A stretch of 64,000 nt of DNA from Antedon mediterranea (Eukaryota; Animalia; Echinodermata): contig NC_092671.1 of NCBI RefSeq assembly GCF_964355755.1, forward strand, positions 8,308,001-8,372,000, written 5' to 3'. The position numbers and the translations under genes were made by a program. The notes beneath the pieces are model-generated. The model saw only the letters and a list, made by a program, of their open reading frames with translations. It was not told where the DNA came from and searched no databases. Of the stretch, positions 28,686 to 41,420 are shown piece by piece. How positions within the stretch are numbered: the stretch's first letter is position 1; each line of letters begins with the position of its first letter.

Positions 28686-28802
28686 ATGAGTTATTGGGGA
28701 CTGTGTGAAAGAATGGCAGCGGTTAGATTTTGTGAACTTCGTCGTGTACCTTTGTACAGTGTTGGATATAGTACCCATAATAGTCACAAGCATTTTAAAA
28801 AG
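28686..28802 (+). CDS. Candidate third (distal) alternative first coding exon of the Nrf gene
   Basis: Two in-frame ATGs (28686; 28713 in AGAATGG context) are open to a strong AAG|GTAAGG donor in phase 0, compatible with acceptor 51645. CCAAT and AP-1/CRE-like motifs lie upstream. No recognisable homology. Confidence 0.3.
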
Positions 28803-29682
28803 GTAAGGCAACCCAACATTGCTGTTCTGGTCAATTCGCCTTTTTGGGATTTTTAGAAGCTGACTTGAAGTTCTGTAAACTTCGTTTTTGTTTCAACTTG
28901 GAAAAGTTTACGCATTATAGAGAGCGCTATAATACTAACAACTTGTTTCAACATACAGTTCTGCCGAAATCACGTAGGAAGAAATAATGTATTTAATTGT
29001 TTGGTAAAATAATAAAACGGTTCACAATTAGATTTTTATTTTCGGTTTCAAACTTAAAAAAAATATAGAGAAACGATTTTGTTTGTTCGACATTGTTGTT
29101 AATGTTGAATCAGAAACAAATGTTATTACTTTTAGGCCTATACTAATTTTCTTTTAAAAGGATGAATTTCTACAAAAAAAAAGACCAATTTATGTTGTCA
29201 AGTTTACTTGGATAATCTTTATAATTAGAACTGTGTTTTTAAAGACAATATTTATAAATGATATACGGTATAAAAAGAACTTTCAATATACTTTTCTATA
29301 CGAAACCTTTTCCCCAATGTACGGTACTGTAGTTGCATACACACACATTATATACAAGGATAAATAATAATTGTGTTTTACGGCTTTAATATTAAACATA
29401 CTAGTAATTGCATGACAATGCTATTATTTCTAATATGTTAATTGCCATTTTGATATTTGTTTATACAATAATAGATTTCATATAATGAGGGTTAAAAACG
29501 TACTATGCGCATGGATAGAGTTTAAAATACAACTACAAGTATACTGACTCTCATGCTATCTATGCTGAGTAAAATACAGTTATTAATTATCATATTATGT
29601 CGATGATTTGATGTTCCTAATCAAATCAACGAATTGTAGTAAACCATCCATGAAGGGTGGAGCATTGTAAAAATGTTTAATC

Positions 29683-29968
29683 TTTTTGTTGAATTAGAAT
29701 TTAAATTAAAATCTTGTCAATATAATTAGCAGAATACATTGTGGAATATCATTATAAAAAAATAATATAGCACAGGAATCTTCATTGAATCAAATACAGT
29801 TTCTAGTAACTTATGTTTTTGTTGAATAGTTGAATTTAAATTAAATTCTTGTCAATACAATCAGGACACTACATTGTGGAATATCATATCATAAAAAATA
29901 ATATATACCACAATAGGAATCTTCTTTGAAACAAATACTAGATTAACAGTTTCTTAAGTAACTTATGT
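29683..29968. repeat. Diverged tandem duplication of about 135 bp
   Basis: TTTTTGTTGAAT...TACATTGTGGAATATCAT...AGGAATCTTC...GTAACTTATGT occurs twice. Confidence 0.8.
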
Positions 29969-32766
29969 CGGCTTATTGCATATAGGCTAAGGCCTAGTAA
30001 ATATAGACTTATGCTAAAACTAAATAAGTTTGGAATCTTTTTATGAAAGTTTATAACGAACTATAGTTTAGAAACATTTAATACAATTAATATATCAACC
30101 ATAAAAGACACAAATTGATGTTATTTTGTTTGTTTGTTTATTAGTTTTCCACAAATACTATCATTATTTTTAATACAGTGCTTAACAGGCAGAAAGATTA
30201 AAGGAAGACAAATCAAATTTTGTAAAAGATTTTGTTAATCTTTTTAAGATTGAGGAATTCTTATAATGTAGCGCTTACGGTGTAGGCCTAAAGTGAAATC
30301 CTATTTGTTATTTTGGTGTTTTGTTATAAATTATTGAACACTTGATAGAAAATGAGGGGCTGTCCTTTTTACATTTTATTACAAATTGTATTACACATAT
30401 TTTCATATAATAGGCCCGAAGTGTTTTCATTGAAATGTTAAAAGCATTATAACTAATTTTTAAATTCAACATTATCGATAAAGAAAATGATACATGTGTA
30501 GGCCTAATGGTCTTAAGTTTTTTAAATGTACTGTAAAAATTGTTATATGATAGGCCTACATGTTTTTAATCTAACATTGTAAATAACATTTTTTCATTTG
30601 TTAAAATGATATATTTCACTTAGAAACCAACAAAGTTACCCATTAATATTTGTTGTTGAAATTTCATTTATATAATATTATTGTTATAATAACATTGGTT
30701 TAAAATTTACAAAACTGGAATAGTTTATGTAAGGAGATTCAAATTGATATGTGATTGACTTAAATATTTACGGTTCAACAACTTCTTTAAAAAGGAACCG
30801 TTTAAAAGGTTTTTAAACAAATTTCTAATTAAAGTATTGTTGATTATTACCTGAGTGAAACACATATTACAACCCATACTTTGTTGTGTTGTACGTAAGA
30901 AGTAAAGCCAAACTACCAGTCCACATTTATTACTTGAAGACTTAAATCCCGACATTATAAGGCGACATTGGTTAAAATAAAATATCATTGATTTTTTTGT
31001 TTAAATAACACAACAATATTATAATGATTGAATTATTATTATAATAAATAGTCCAGTATTATATACCCTTTGAGTTTCTCTAAAGTCTTCAGATTTATTT
31101 TCCTTTATAAATATAAATTTAACCCTAATTCAAGGAAGATTTAAAACTCTAAAAAAACTACCGGCATATAATTATGTTATTAAAAGATGCCTGTGCTATA
31201 ATAAAAATATACAATTTCTACGGTGATAATGTATTATTTATGTAGATTGTTTTGTTTATAACATTCCTATTCAAATGTATTACACAGACGCTACAGCCTT
31301 TGGAAATAGTGATTATTATACTATTATACGACACTCATTTACAGTATATTATTAATACCCAACCCACGTATTTTAATGTGGTATTGTTATTGATTAAAAT
31401 AGACAATTAATTACCAAATTCTTAGAATGTGCTCATATGTTGTTAAATTTTAATTAACAATTATATCATTATCGTCATGTCTGTGCCGGTGAATACCAAT
31501 ATACAACCGTTATAAACTTTATATTATTAGTATAGCCATCAGTGTTTAAACGCACACGTATTTAATGTTGAATCCTATACTGATATGTATAATGCTTCGT
31601 TTTAAACGATATAAAAAAAGCGATATTGATAAATTAGTATTTTTTAAATAGATCATAAAACAAGGACAATAAGATTTATTTAATAATTAGTATTGAATAT
31701 GTAATCAAATAAACAAATAGTATTCATATTAGTGCATTACACACATTTTAAAGATTGTTTGCAATTATAATTCAACAATTTTTTGCCATTTAAATACTGA
31801 CTCCACCCTTTTAAACGAATAATTACATGCTACTGAATTACCCACAGATTCCTCCTAATTAAATCTTACATTAGTAGTTATATCTTTCAATAAGCAATTA
31901 AACAAGCTAATCTAGCATTATGTATGACCGTGTTCCTTTTCTTTTATCACCGAATAACGAACAGGGAGTTGTCATTACTGTACACGTCTAAAAGCCATTT
32001 TCAACAGTTAAGTATATGGGCTTTTAAAAGGCATGTGACAACAAGAAAGACGGTAGAGTGGAAACGTCGCGTCAAAACATATACATGTTAGGATTGAAAT
32101 GTAGGCCTAATAATGTTGTAAGGATGTTGTTAGACTAAGGCTAGGTTGGCTTTGTCCGTCAACTCATATTAATTGCAGTGGTCACCGTGTACCGTTAAGG
32201 CATGATTCATAATAATGTAGGCCTAATGATGTCAAATCTTTTTACTTCGTTATGTTATTAAACTTATGAATTAAAATATTCTTTCCCTTTATAAAAAAAT
32301 TGTTTAATTTCTAATTAATAATAAAAATATTACAGTACTTAATCTAAATCTTAAAATGTGTTTAAGACAAACGCATTTTGGTATACGGTATATATACAAT
32401 TATTGTATAAAGCAGGCTAATCATTTACGGTAGTAGTTTTAATATCAGAAATGAAACTTATACTCACAGTTTAACCAAGAAAAATATGCTTTACAAATTG
32501 GTATTAAGATAACAATAGAAACATCAGAAAATAGTGTAATAATCCACTGCATGCGTTTCTATATTTTAAAGTGTGGGTGAGTGGGTGTCAGTGATTGTTA
32601 AATCATTGTCGGTCATGTTATGGTCTTATAAAGTTCTTCAAACCTAATGGTGGTGGCAACACTTGAATGAATGCACATTAATTGAACGGTCCACTGAGAG
32701 ACAGAGCGGAATATTTGTTGAGTCTGAGGAAATTAGAATATTCCGTGATGAAGATGTGTTTTGTAA

Positions 32767-32913
32767 AGCTCTGTCTACACTATCAAACTACTTTGACAAA
32801 AAAGTGTGATGTGTCCAAATATGGTAGTGATATATCGAAATATGGTAGTGACATGACATCATCGTGTCCATATATGGGCACATCACATAAAGTGTGATAG
32901 TGTAGACAGCGCT
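32767..32913. mobile_element. MITE family A, copy with two internal 21-bp units
   Basis: TIRs and TAA TSD on both sides. Confidence 0.85.
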
Positions 32914-33070
32914 TAATACTAAGTGAATGACGATATTCACGAACATAATAACACAAATCCTTATTTTTAATTTATTTCATTTCATTTCATTTCATTTATT
33001 TCGTCTCACATAATTATAACAAAAACATAACAAACAATAGATAGAGACAGGATTCCCAAAAGAGAACTAA

Positions 33071-33170
33071 ATCAAACTATCAAGTGGGTCTCCAGATCAA
33101 ACTATCAAGTGGGTCTCCAGATCAAACTATCAAGTGGGTCTCCAGATCAAACTATCAAGTGGGTCTCCAC
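33071..33170. repeat. 25-bp tandem repeat, 4 copies (ATCAAACTATCAAGTGGGTCTCCAG)
   Basis: Four near-perfect units. They adjoin a (TTTCA)n tract at about 32975-32997, suggesting the 3' tail of a reverse-oriented CR1/L2-type retroelement fragment. Confidence 0.9.
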
Positions 33171-34229
33171 TTCAGTTAGTATAGTATAGCAATTTAGTGG
33201 TTATATTTTAAAAGTACTCCTTAAAGAGAAACAGCATGTTTATTATTTTGAAAAAAAAGTTTAAATGTAACAATATGTAAATATATTTAATAATCTATAT
33301 AGCACATATACTGTTACCGATACTGTCTCCCAAAAATAATCAATTTGACATATGTGATTTAAAAAATAGCCTACCGTAACATTTTAAAAATAATTACCAA
33401 AGGAAAAGGAAATTAAATGTTTACAAGTTTTAAAGAAAAATCTAATAATCTGGTTGATTCGTTGCTTTTATGATTTAATAATAACCACAATTTTGAAATC
33501 TTATCGGAAAGTCCTACCAATATTATTAATGATATCGTATACAATTGTACAATGTCAATGCTTTTTTAAATATATACTACTTTCTATTTCCATAAATAAT
33601 AATAATAATAATAATAATTACTTAGGCCTATACGGTAGGCTATACTACACCGACAAAAGGATTACATATTAGGTTAGGCTACATTACCTGTTGTGGATGT
33701 AAGTTAAAATTAGAAACAAGATCACAGAAACTGATGAGGTTATTATCAAAACTATCACCTTGATATTCCGAAATAAATAAATAATTTAAGAAATTCAATC
33801 TCTGGGGAAAAACGTATATTCAATTACCCAATAATGATCGTTTTAATTCGTTATTTTGATAGTTGTGGCAGGGAAGAGTCTGGTAGTGGAATCATGTAAT
33901 AAAGAAATATACATGGTTAAGTCTATATTAATTGATTATGATAAAACACAGGCATTCGAATTCTTTAAACATCGATGGTATACACGTTCAATTAGAAACA
34001 GGTTTACATTTTTTTACATTGGTGAGGAGTGATAATGAAATGATAATGTTACGTTGTTAAACTATCGTTGTTAGCATGTTATTGCATTCAGGTGGCATGC
34101 TTGATGTATGTAGGTTTTTGGGTCGATATTTTACATACAGGAAGCCTGTCCGCTGCTGCACTCATAAGGCTCTGTTCGTAATACGTTTGCGTGAAACCCG
34201 CCACATGTTGTCCTTTTCACTATCTCACT

Positions 34230-34720
34230 TTAATTTTGCCAAGTCATGCAAACAGTTGAGAATACACTGACCCGAGAAGTCTGTTAAACGACTACTGACT
34301 CATATATAAACTAATTTCATTTTGTTAGTGAGTCGCTTTGAACTTCTTTAAACTACGTAACATTACCTTGACACGTTAAAAATTACAACATACCAATTGA
34401 ACGGAAATTACATTACTTGACGCTCAAATTCTTAGATTTCAATTTTAGTCAATAATCTTTTAAAGTTGTGTTCACAGCTACATGATTATGTGATTATTAA
34501 TAAGATTAATTGTTTAATTGAATTAAACATTGTATGAATTAAACCCAAGTGACTCGAAAGATAAAAAAAAAGATGTTTTGATAATCGAAAGGTGACGTAA
34601 TCTATTTTCGCGCGTGGAAGTGGTTCCGAGGAAGCGCGCCAAAGGGAGGTATCCGAGACCGCGTCAATTTCACGCTAGTTCTTATTAAACCACATTGCAT
34701 GATCAGCATTTCAAAATGAC
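34230..34720. promoter_or_regulatory. Putative enhancer with ARE, AP-1, CRE and E2F-like sites
   Basis: TGCCAAGTCAT (ARE, minus strand) at 34237-34247, TGACTCA at about 34296, TGACGTAA at about 34593, and TTTTCGCGCG and GCGCGCCAAA in a CpG-rich patch. Confidence 0.35.
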
Positions 34721-37700
34721 ACGCAAATCAACATCATTCTACTTTGTAGATGTTGTTAAACATTTCACAGACAAATTTGATTTAATCGTATTTGGGGCAT
34801 TAGCCTCCAACAAGTGCAAATTCATATCACACTAGATTGGTACTTGAGTATGGGAAGTTAGCTTAGCCTCCTTCGTACAGACTCCATTCAGATTTTTTTT
34901 AAATGTAGACTCATTCGTGTTTGTGTTTTGTTTATGACACTTATTTTGTTCTATCCTGTACTTTCTAATGCTCAGCGTTTTGAAAGTTTTTTTAAAGGGT
35001 TTGTTTGTGTATGTTTAAAAAAAAATATCTAGACACTTACACAGATACTTTATATAAAGATACACTAAATACTTTATAAAGGTTTTTAATGAGGCTCATT
35101 AATTTGTTGTTTTTAAAGAAAGTTTATACATATTTTGTTTGTATTTGTTTTAAAAAATAAGGCTTACTTTTCTATTTTATAAAGTTTACACACTTATTTT
35201 GTTTTGTTCTTATATTTACCAACTTTACGACGTACTCGCGTAGTTCAGTTGCTTTTCAGTACGGTAAATATTGTTCATCTTTTCCTATCTCTGTTTGCAC
35301 TACCGTCTACCGTGTTACTCTATGGTATTTCAAAGTCTGGTGATTGTGTTTAGTTAGCACTAATGTCTTTGTTTACCAACAAGTAAAATTGGTCACAACA
35401 TTCCTTCACTATCAGATAATACAAATGTTGAAAAGCATGACTTTGCAAAAACTGTATAATCAGCACATGATTACTAACTGTCATTATCGAAACAATTAAA
35501 CCCATCAAATTATTCTTCTAATACTCTATTGCTCAATTAATAAATCAATTGTCAAATTCAATAATAGTTATGGTTTAATATGAACTATTTAATTAAGTAT
35601 ATAGGTTTGAAAGTTATTGACATCTGATAATTTCCTTTTCACAGTATGTCGTCAACAGTTAAGATATTCCTGAATAACTGCATGAAACGTCACAATTCTG
35701 ATCATGGGCCTATATTTACATCTATATGTGTTTTCAATGACATTATACCGTAGGCCTAATACAGGTAAACGCGTATTCTCAAAGATAAATTTAGCAGTAT
35801 TTGATTTTTGCTAAGAAACATTATCAAAATATGGCGAATAGATAGACAATAGCAACACAAACATTAGTTTGTCCAGTTTGATGAAAATGAATGCACATTT
35901 TTTGGTGACATCTGGACCAGGCGCCTTTATAGAGATAGGAGCAAATTTGTTATGATAAAGTCGATTGATACAGGGTTAGGTCCCATAGGGCTAGCCCTTG
36001 ATTCATTTCACATCCTCTCGAAAGTTTTCTTTCACACCCCTGTTTTATTTCTTCTGTTATGTACAGTAGTAGGAGGTCTAGGCTGTGAAAGATCTTGAAG
36101 CAGGATGACACACACGCAGTCTCTTCTTCTGACAAATCACTGTCTGACAAAAAAGAAAGTGACAAGAAGCGTTCAAGGTGATCTAATTTAAATTTTATAA
36201 GTATAAATGATATCTAACGAACTTTAGAGAAGAAAGTATAGTTGTCTGCTCAGGTCAGGTCGTAACGGATCCACCCCAGAAAGTGCCCAGGGAGCTGAAC
36301 AACTTTAGAACACAAGTTTAGTTGTCAGAATTTTCTCACGGAATGATTGTCCCAAGATTCACCCTTCAAGAAGTGAAATCATTCTCTCCTCTTACTTCTC
36401 TTATTTTGTATCCTTTATGTTACGTACCATACAATCATTCTACATACAAAACAACTTTGTCAGTGAGGCGAAATGTTTTGACTTATTGCACACATACGGT
36501 ACCTAAAGCCTCCATAGAAGGCTCAATGGCCAAAAGTCATGATAAAATGTAAAACTATACGTACGCCACGTGACTATATTTAACTTTCAAATAATTAAAT
36601 AACTATTAATTAATAACCTATCAACAATTTAGCGTACTCGTCTTTACTTTTTATTTTATTTATTTCCCACCATACATACATTTTGTAGTTTGGCGTAAGC
36701 TCCGCTCATTTTTGTTTAAAAAAACTTTGATACGTTGGAAAATCATGATTAAAGCTGAATCGCTTGGTTTTCCTATATTCTCTGATACTACTGATTAACT
36801 AATGCCTGTGTAATACCTTAATCTCAACAGAATTACAATGTATTATTAAGATAACACACTGGGTACATATTGATAAATATGCAGAATGTGCTGTTCTAGA
36901 TTCAAAAGTAGCCTTATGGTAAACAGATATTATAGTCCCATAATATTTCGTAAATCATTTTTTTTTACATTCTGTAAATTCATTCTAGATGAAATCTTAC
37001 ATAACCTTGAAATCCGATTATTGATTTATTAAATAATTATTTAAATTAATTATTCATTAATTTTAGATACCACGGGGTTACTAAAGTATCAAAGGAACTT
37101 TATGGAGCAAATTTCCGCTCGACTCGGGCGATAACATTCAGTTTTCCTTTTTGCGTAACACTTATGAATCACACTTTTAAAATAAATCACATGTGTCTCT
37201 AAAAGTGTCATTTGTTTGTAATATTATAAGAAATACGATAGGTTACATAATAATGCAAAATCAACTAGATTTACAAATTTTTTCACCTTTTTTGGCTGTT
37301 ATGGATTTTTATTTGACTTTGAATTTGATGCTTTTTATTCAATTGAAATAAAGATACTGAGATATTATTAAACACTTCGTTACACAAGCAAAGTTCAATT
37401 ATTTGTTATTGAACGATATGGTGGATATTAATACATTTCCAATATAGGTAAATGAGAATGTTCATTTAATTTTCATTTGAAATGTCATCTTGTTGAATTA
37501 TTACTATATAAAGAAATGAAAAATCATCAATTCTTAATTTTGGTGAATTTTAATATTTGCATTTAGATTTTATGATTTATTTAAATTTTATTATTGATTT
37601 TAGTGGAACCTTAAAAATCGAGATCTTGTTGTCCTGAATAGGAGAGTAAACTAAACTACTAACAGTTCTAGATCTAATATCTAGAGAACAATTAAAAAAA

Positions 37701-39967
37701 GAAAAATAAAGTTTTTTAACTGTTTCTAAAGTGCTGACTTTGATTAGAGTACTGTGTACTGACTTATATTCTGTTTTAATTACACAGAATCCATATGGAT
37801 AGAACGATAAATAATTAACAGCCAAGTGGGAAACTGTAACACACATGCTTAAACTAACAACATTTGTACGTTGGTAGCGTTATCTACAACAATTAGGCAA
37901 TCAATCTGTATTCAATTTAGCCCGAGCAGACACGGGCCCTACTGTGGATAATATTCAATCATCAGGGCAAATGTGTACACGTGTAGTTTGTATGTACAAG
38001 CTTGTCTCTCTGGTTATAACATGCCATTTGTGCCTAGCATAGGATATTAGTTAGGACGGATTGCTCGTTGAGGTGCGGTTTTTATTCTAAGTTGAGGAAG
38101 CTCCGATTTCCCATGGTGTGTTGAAGTTGGTTTTCATTGAGGCTCTTTCGAATGAGAGATGACGTTGAGAACATAGGAGGATTTTTTGTTCTATATAACT
38201 ATCCAAATTTAATAACAAGCGATAGAAAAGTTTTTTATTACATAATTAGAAAATGGAGAAAAAAAATTAAGGAAATTGAAATAGGTTAAAAAACATTTGA
38301 ATTAGCAAACTATTCGGATATACTTTAGAGAACCGTTAATTTTCCAATTCAAACAATTATTGCAGTCATCAATATGTTAATTGTAAAATTACTTGTATAT
38401 ATTTATTTATTTAACAACATCTTTATATAACAGGATTACCCAATCAGCAACCTGTTCTCATTGTGGTCCTGTCTTAAATCGATATCTAGCTTTGAATGAA
38501 GTACAACTTGTGTTTTTGTCCAAGGTGTGCCAAACGTTCACGTCATGACTACAACTCTGTAACTACACATTATAAACTTTTTGTATTAATGAAATAATGT
38601 AATGTAAATAATCTATAATGTGTTTTTCGTTTGTTTTCTGTTGTTTTGGTGGTTTTTTCAGTTTGCTGTTTGTAAGTTATTTATTTATTTTATTTATTTA
38701 TTTTGTTATATTGCGTTTATTGGTCCTTGTGGGCATAGGTCCTTATACTTTATAGTAGAGGTTGCTTAATTATCTTTATCTTGAATGTATTGATAACTGA
38801 TTTATTTAATTTGTTAAAATGAATAAAATAAATGTCATTAAATTACGTCTCAAGTTATTTTTAAATTATGTTAATTACCAATTACTGTTGAAAATTGTAT
38901 GACTGATTCATGCAATGATAATCACATTGACAAAACTGAAGCGATCTAACGTTCGACGTGTTTCTTGTAAACTTGTATCTGCTTTACATTATTTTCGTTG
39001 ACATGCGTTAGTTAGTCTCACCCTTCTCGATATTAGCAGAATTTACCATTTCCTTGAATCTTATTAGTGAACTTGAACTCATCGTTGGCGTGCAATTCAT
39101 GCATATCGACCCCTTTTTAGCTGAGGCAGACATTTAACTATTTCGTCCTGGCTTGTCATAAAAATCACCTACTTTTTAGGCAAATTTACTTGAAAACAGG
39201 ATGTCTAAAATCGTTTGGAGCATGTATTGTTTTAGCTTAACTTGAGAAGCCTGTCATACAAACTACGGTAACTTTTTATGATCTGAACTGATCTTAACTA
39301 CGTGTTATGTAATTGGTATATTTTTTTTCATTTCGTTGGTATTAAGACCGCACATTCCAACCTATATATCTTTTCTTTTGATTTTTATTACTACTTTAAT
39401 GTCGAACTTACGTTTATGCTCATTTGTCGGTATGTTTGAGGACTAACTTTTGAAAGAAGGTTAACGAATTAAGTTGCTTTTTAAAAAGACAACAACTCTA
39501 GTAAGATCTCTATTTTAAAATGTTTTACATTATTTTTCATTATATCTCTGGTAAACCGGCAAATCAAACACATTTGGCTTCAAAACTGTTTTTAACCGAT
39601 TAAAAACACAGAAAAATAAAACAGATGTAAAGCAAATGAAGATCTAATTCTACCATCTTAATTGATTTTTTTCTGACAAAAATAACTTCGTTTCCTGAAA
39701 AAAAGGACACCTGGGTTAAAAAAGATCACGCACATTAAAAAAGTACTCACAACGGACATGACTTGGCAGAAAAAAATTAACTTTTTTGATCTGTTACTTT
39801 TCATCAATCAGAGTGTATGCTTTGTGTGGAAGGTTGGTGTTGTTTAATTTGAGGGCTTATTGCAACCGGTAGATTAGCAGGTGTCCTGATTAAAATCTAC
39901 TAATTAGAATCAAAAGTCATTTCACTTTTAATAATATTTGAATGTAGGACCTGCACTTGTCAAAATT

Positions 39968-41420
39968 GTATAACTATATAGGCCCTGGAAGTAATACTAA
40001 TTGTATTTCTCTAGTGATGAAGGGATTGTATTTCAAACAAAACATTGGTATAACTATATAGGCCCTGGAAGTAATACTAATTGTATTTCTCTAGTGATGA
40101 AGGGATTGTATTTCAAACAAAACATTGGTATAACTATATAGGCCCTGGAAGTAATACTAATTGTATTTCTCTTGTGATGAAGGGATTGTATTTCAAACAA
40201 AACATTGATATAACTATATAGGCCCTGGAAGTAATACTAATTTTATTTCTCTTGTGATGAAGGGATTGTATTTCAAACAAAACATTGGTATAACTATATA
40301 GGCCCTGGAAGTAATACTAATTGTATTTCTCTAGTGATGAAGGGATTGTATTTCAAACAAAACATTGGTATAACTATATAGGCCCTGGAAGTAATACTAA
40401 TTGTATTTCTCTTGTGATGAAGGGATTGTATTTCAAACAAAACATTGGTATAACTATATAGGCCCTGGAAGTAATACTAATTGTATTTCTCTAGTGATGA
40501 AGGGATTGTATTTCAAACAAAACATTGGTATAACTATATAGGCCCTGGAAGTAATACTAATTGTATTTCTCTAGTGATGAAGGGATTGTATTTCAAACAA
40601 AACATTGGTATAACTATATAGGCCCTGGAAGTAATACTAATTGTATTTCTCTTGTGATGAAGGGATTGTATTTCAAACAAAACATTGGTATAACTATATA
40701 GGCCCTGGAAGTAATACTAATTTTATTTCTCTTGTGATGAAGGGATTGTATTTCAAACAAAACATTGGTATAACTATATAGGCCCTGGAAGTAATACTAA
40801 TTGTATTTCTCTAGTGATGAAGGGATTGTATTTCAAACAAAACATTGGTATAACTATATAGGCCCTGGAAGTAATACTAATTGTATTTCTCTTGTGATGA
40901 AGGGATTGTATTTCAAACAAAACATTGGTATAACTATATAGGCCCTGGAAGTAATACTAATTGTATTTCTCTAGTGATGAAGGGATTGTATTTCAAACAA
41001 AACATTGGTATAACTATAATAGGCCCTGGAAGTAATACTAATTTAATTTCTCTCCTAGTGTATGGAGGGATTGTATTTCAAACAAAACATTGGCATAACT
41101 ATATAGGCCCTGGAAGTAATACTAATTTTATTTCTCTAGTGTATATGGAGGAATTGTATTTCAAACAAAACATTGGTATAACTATATAGGCCCTGGAAGT
41201 AATACTAATTTTACTTCTCTGTGTATATGGAGGGATTGTATTTCAAACAAAACATTGGTATAACTATATAGGCCCTGGAAGTAATACTAATTTTATTTCT
41301 CTAGTGTATGAAGGGATTGTATTTCAAACAAAACATTGGTATAACTATATAGGCCCTGGAAGTAATACTAATTTTATTTCTCTAGTGCATGGAGGGACTC
41401 TTATTTCAAACAAAACATTG
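39968..41420. repeat. 80-bp tandem satellite, about 18 copies
   Basis: Unit TAACTATATAGGCCCTGGAAGTAATACTAATTGTATTTCTCTAGTGATGAAGGGATTGTATTTCAAACAAAACATTGGTA. The first 13 copies have an exact 80-bp period; the last five have indels. Confidence 0.98.

Noticed and set aside
33730-33760. CTGATGA-GGT-TATT-ATC-AAAAC hammerhead-like string
   Set aside because: The essential GAAA box is AAAA, and there is no helix I or III.
36067-36177. Possible extra exon (acceptor TACAG, ATG at about 36104, CAAG|GTGAT)
   Set aside because: The donor is weak, the ATG frame ends in phase 1 (incompatible with acceptor 51645), and the other frames contain stops.
40881-41189. 102-aa ORF and CRISPR-like regularity of the array
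   Set aside because: This is an 80-bp tandem satellite with no unique spacers, in a eukaryotic context with no cas genes.
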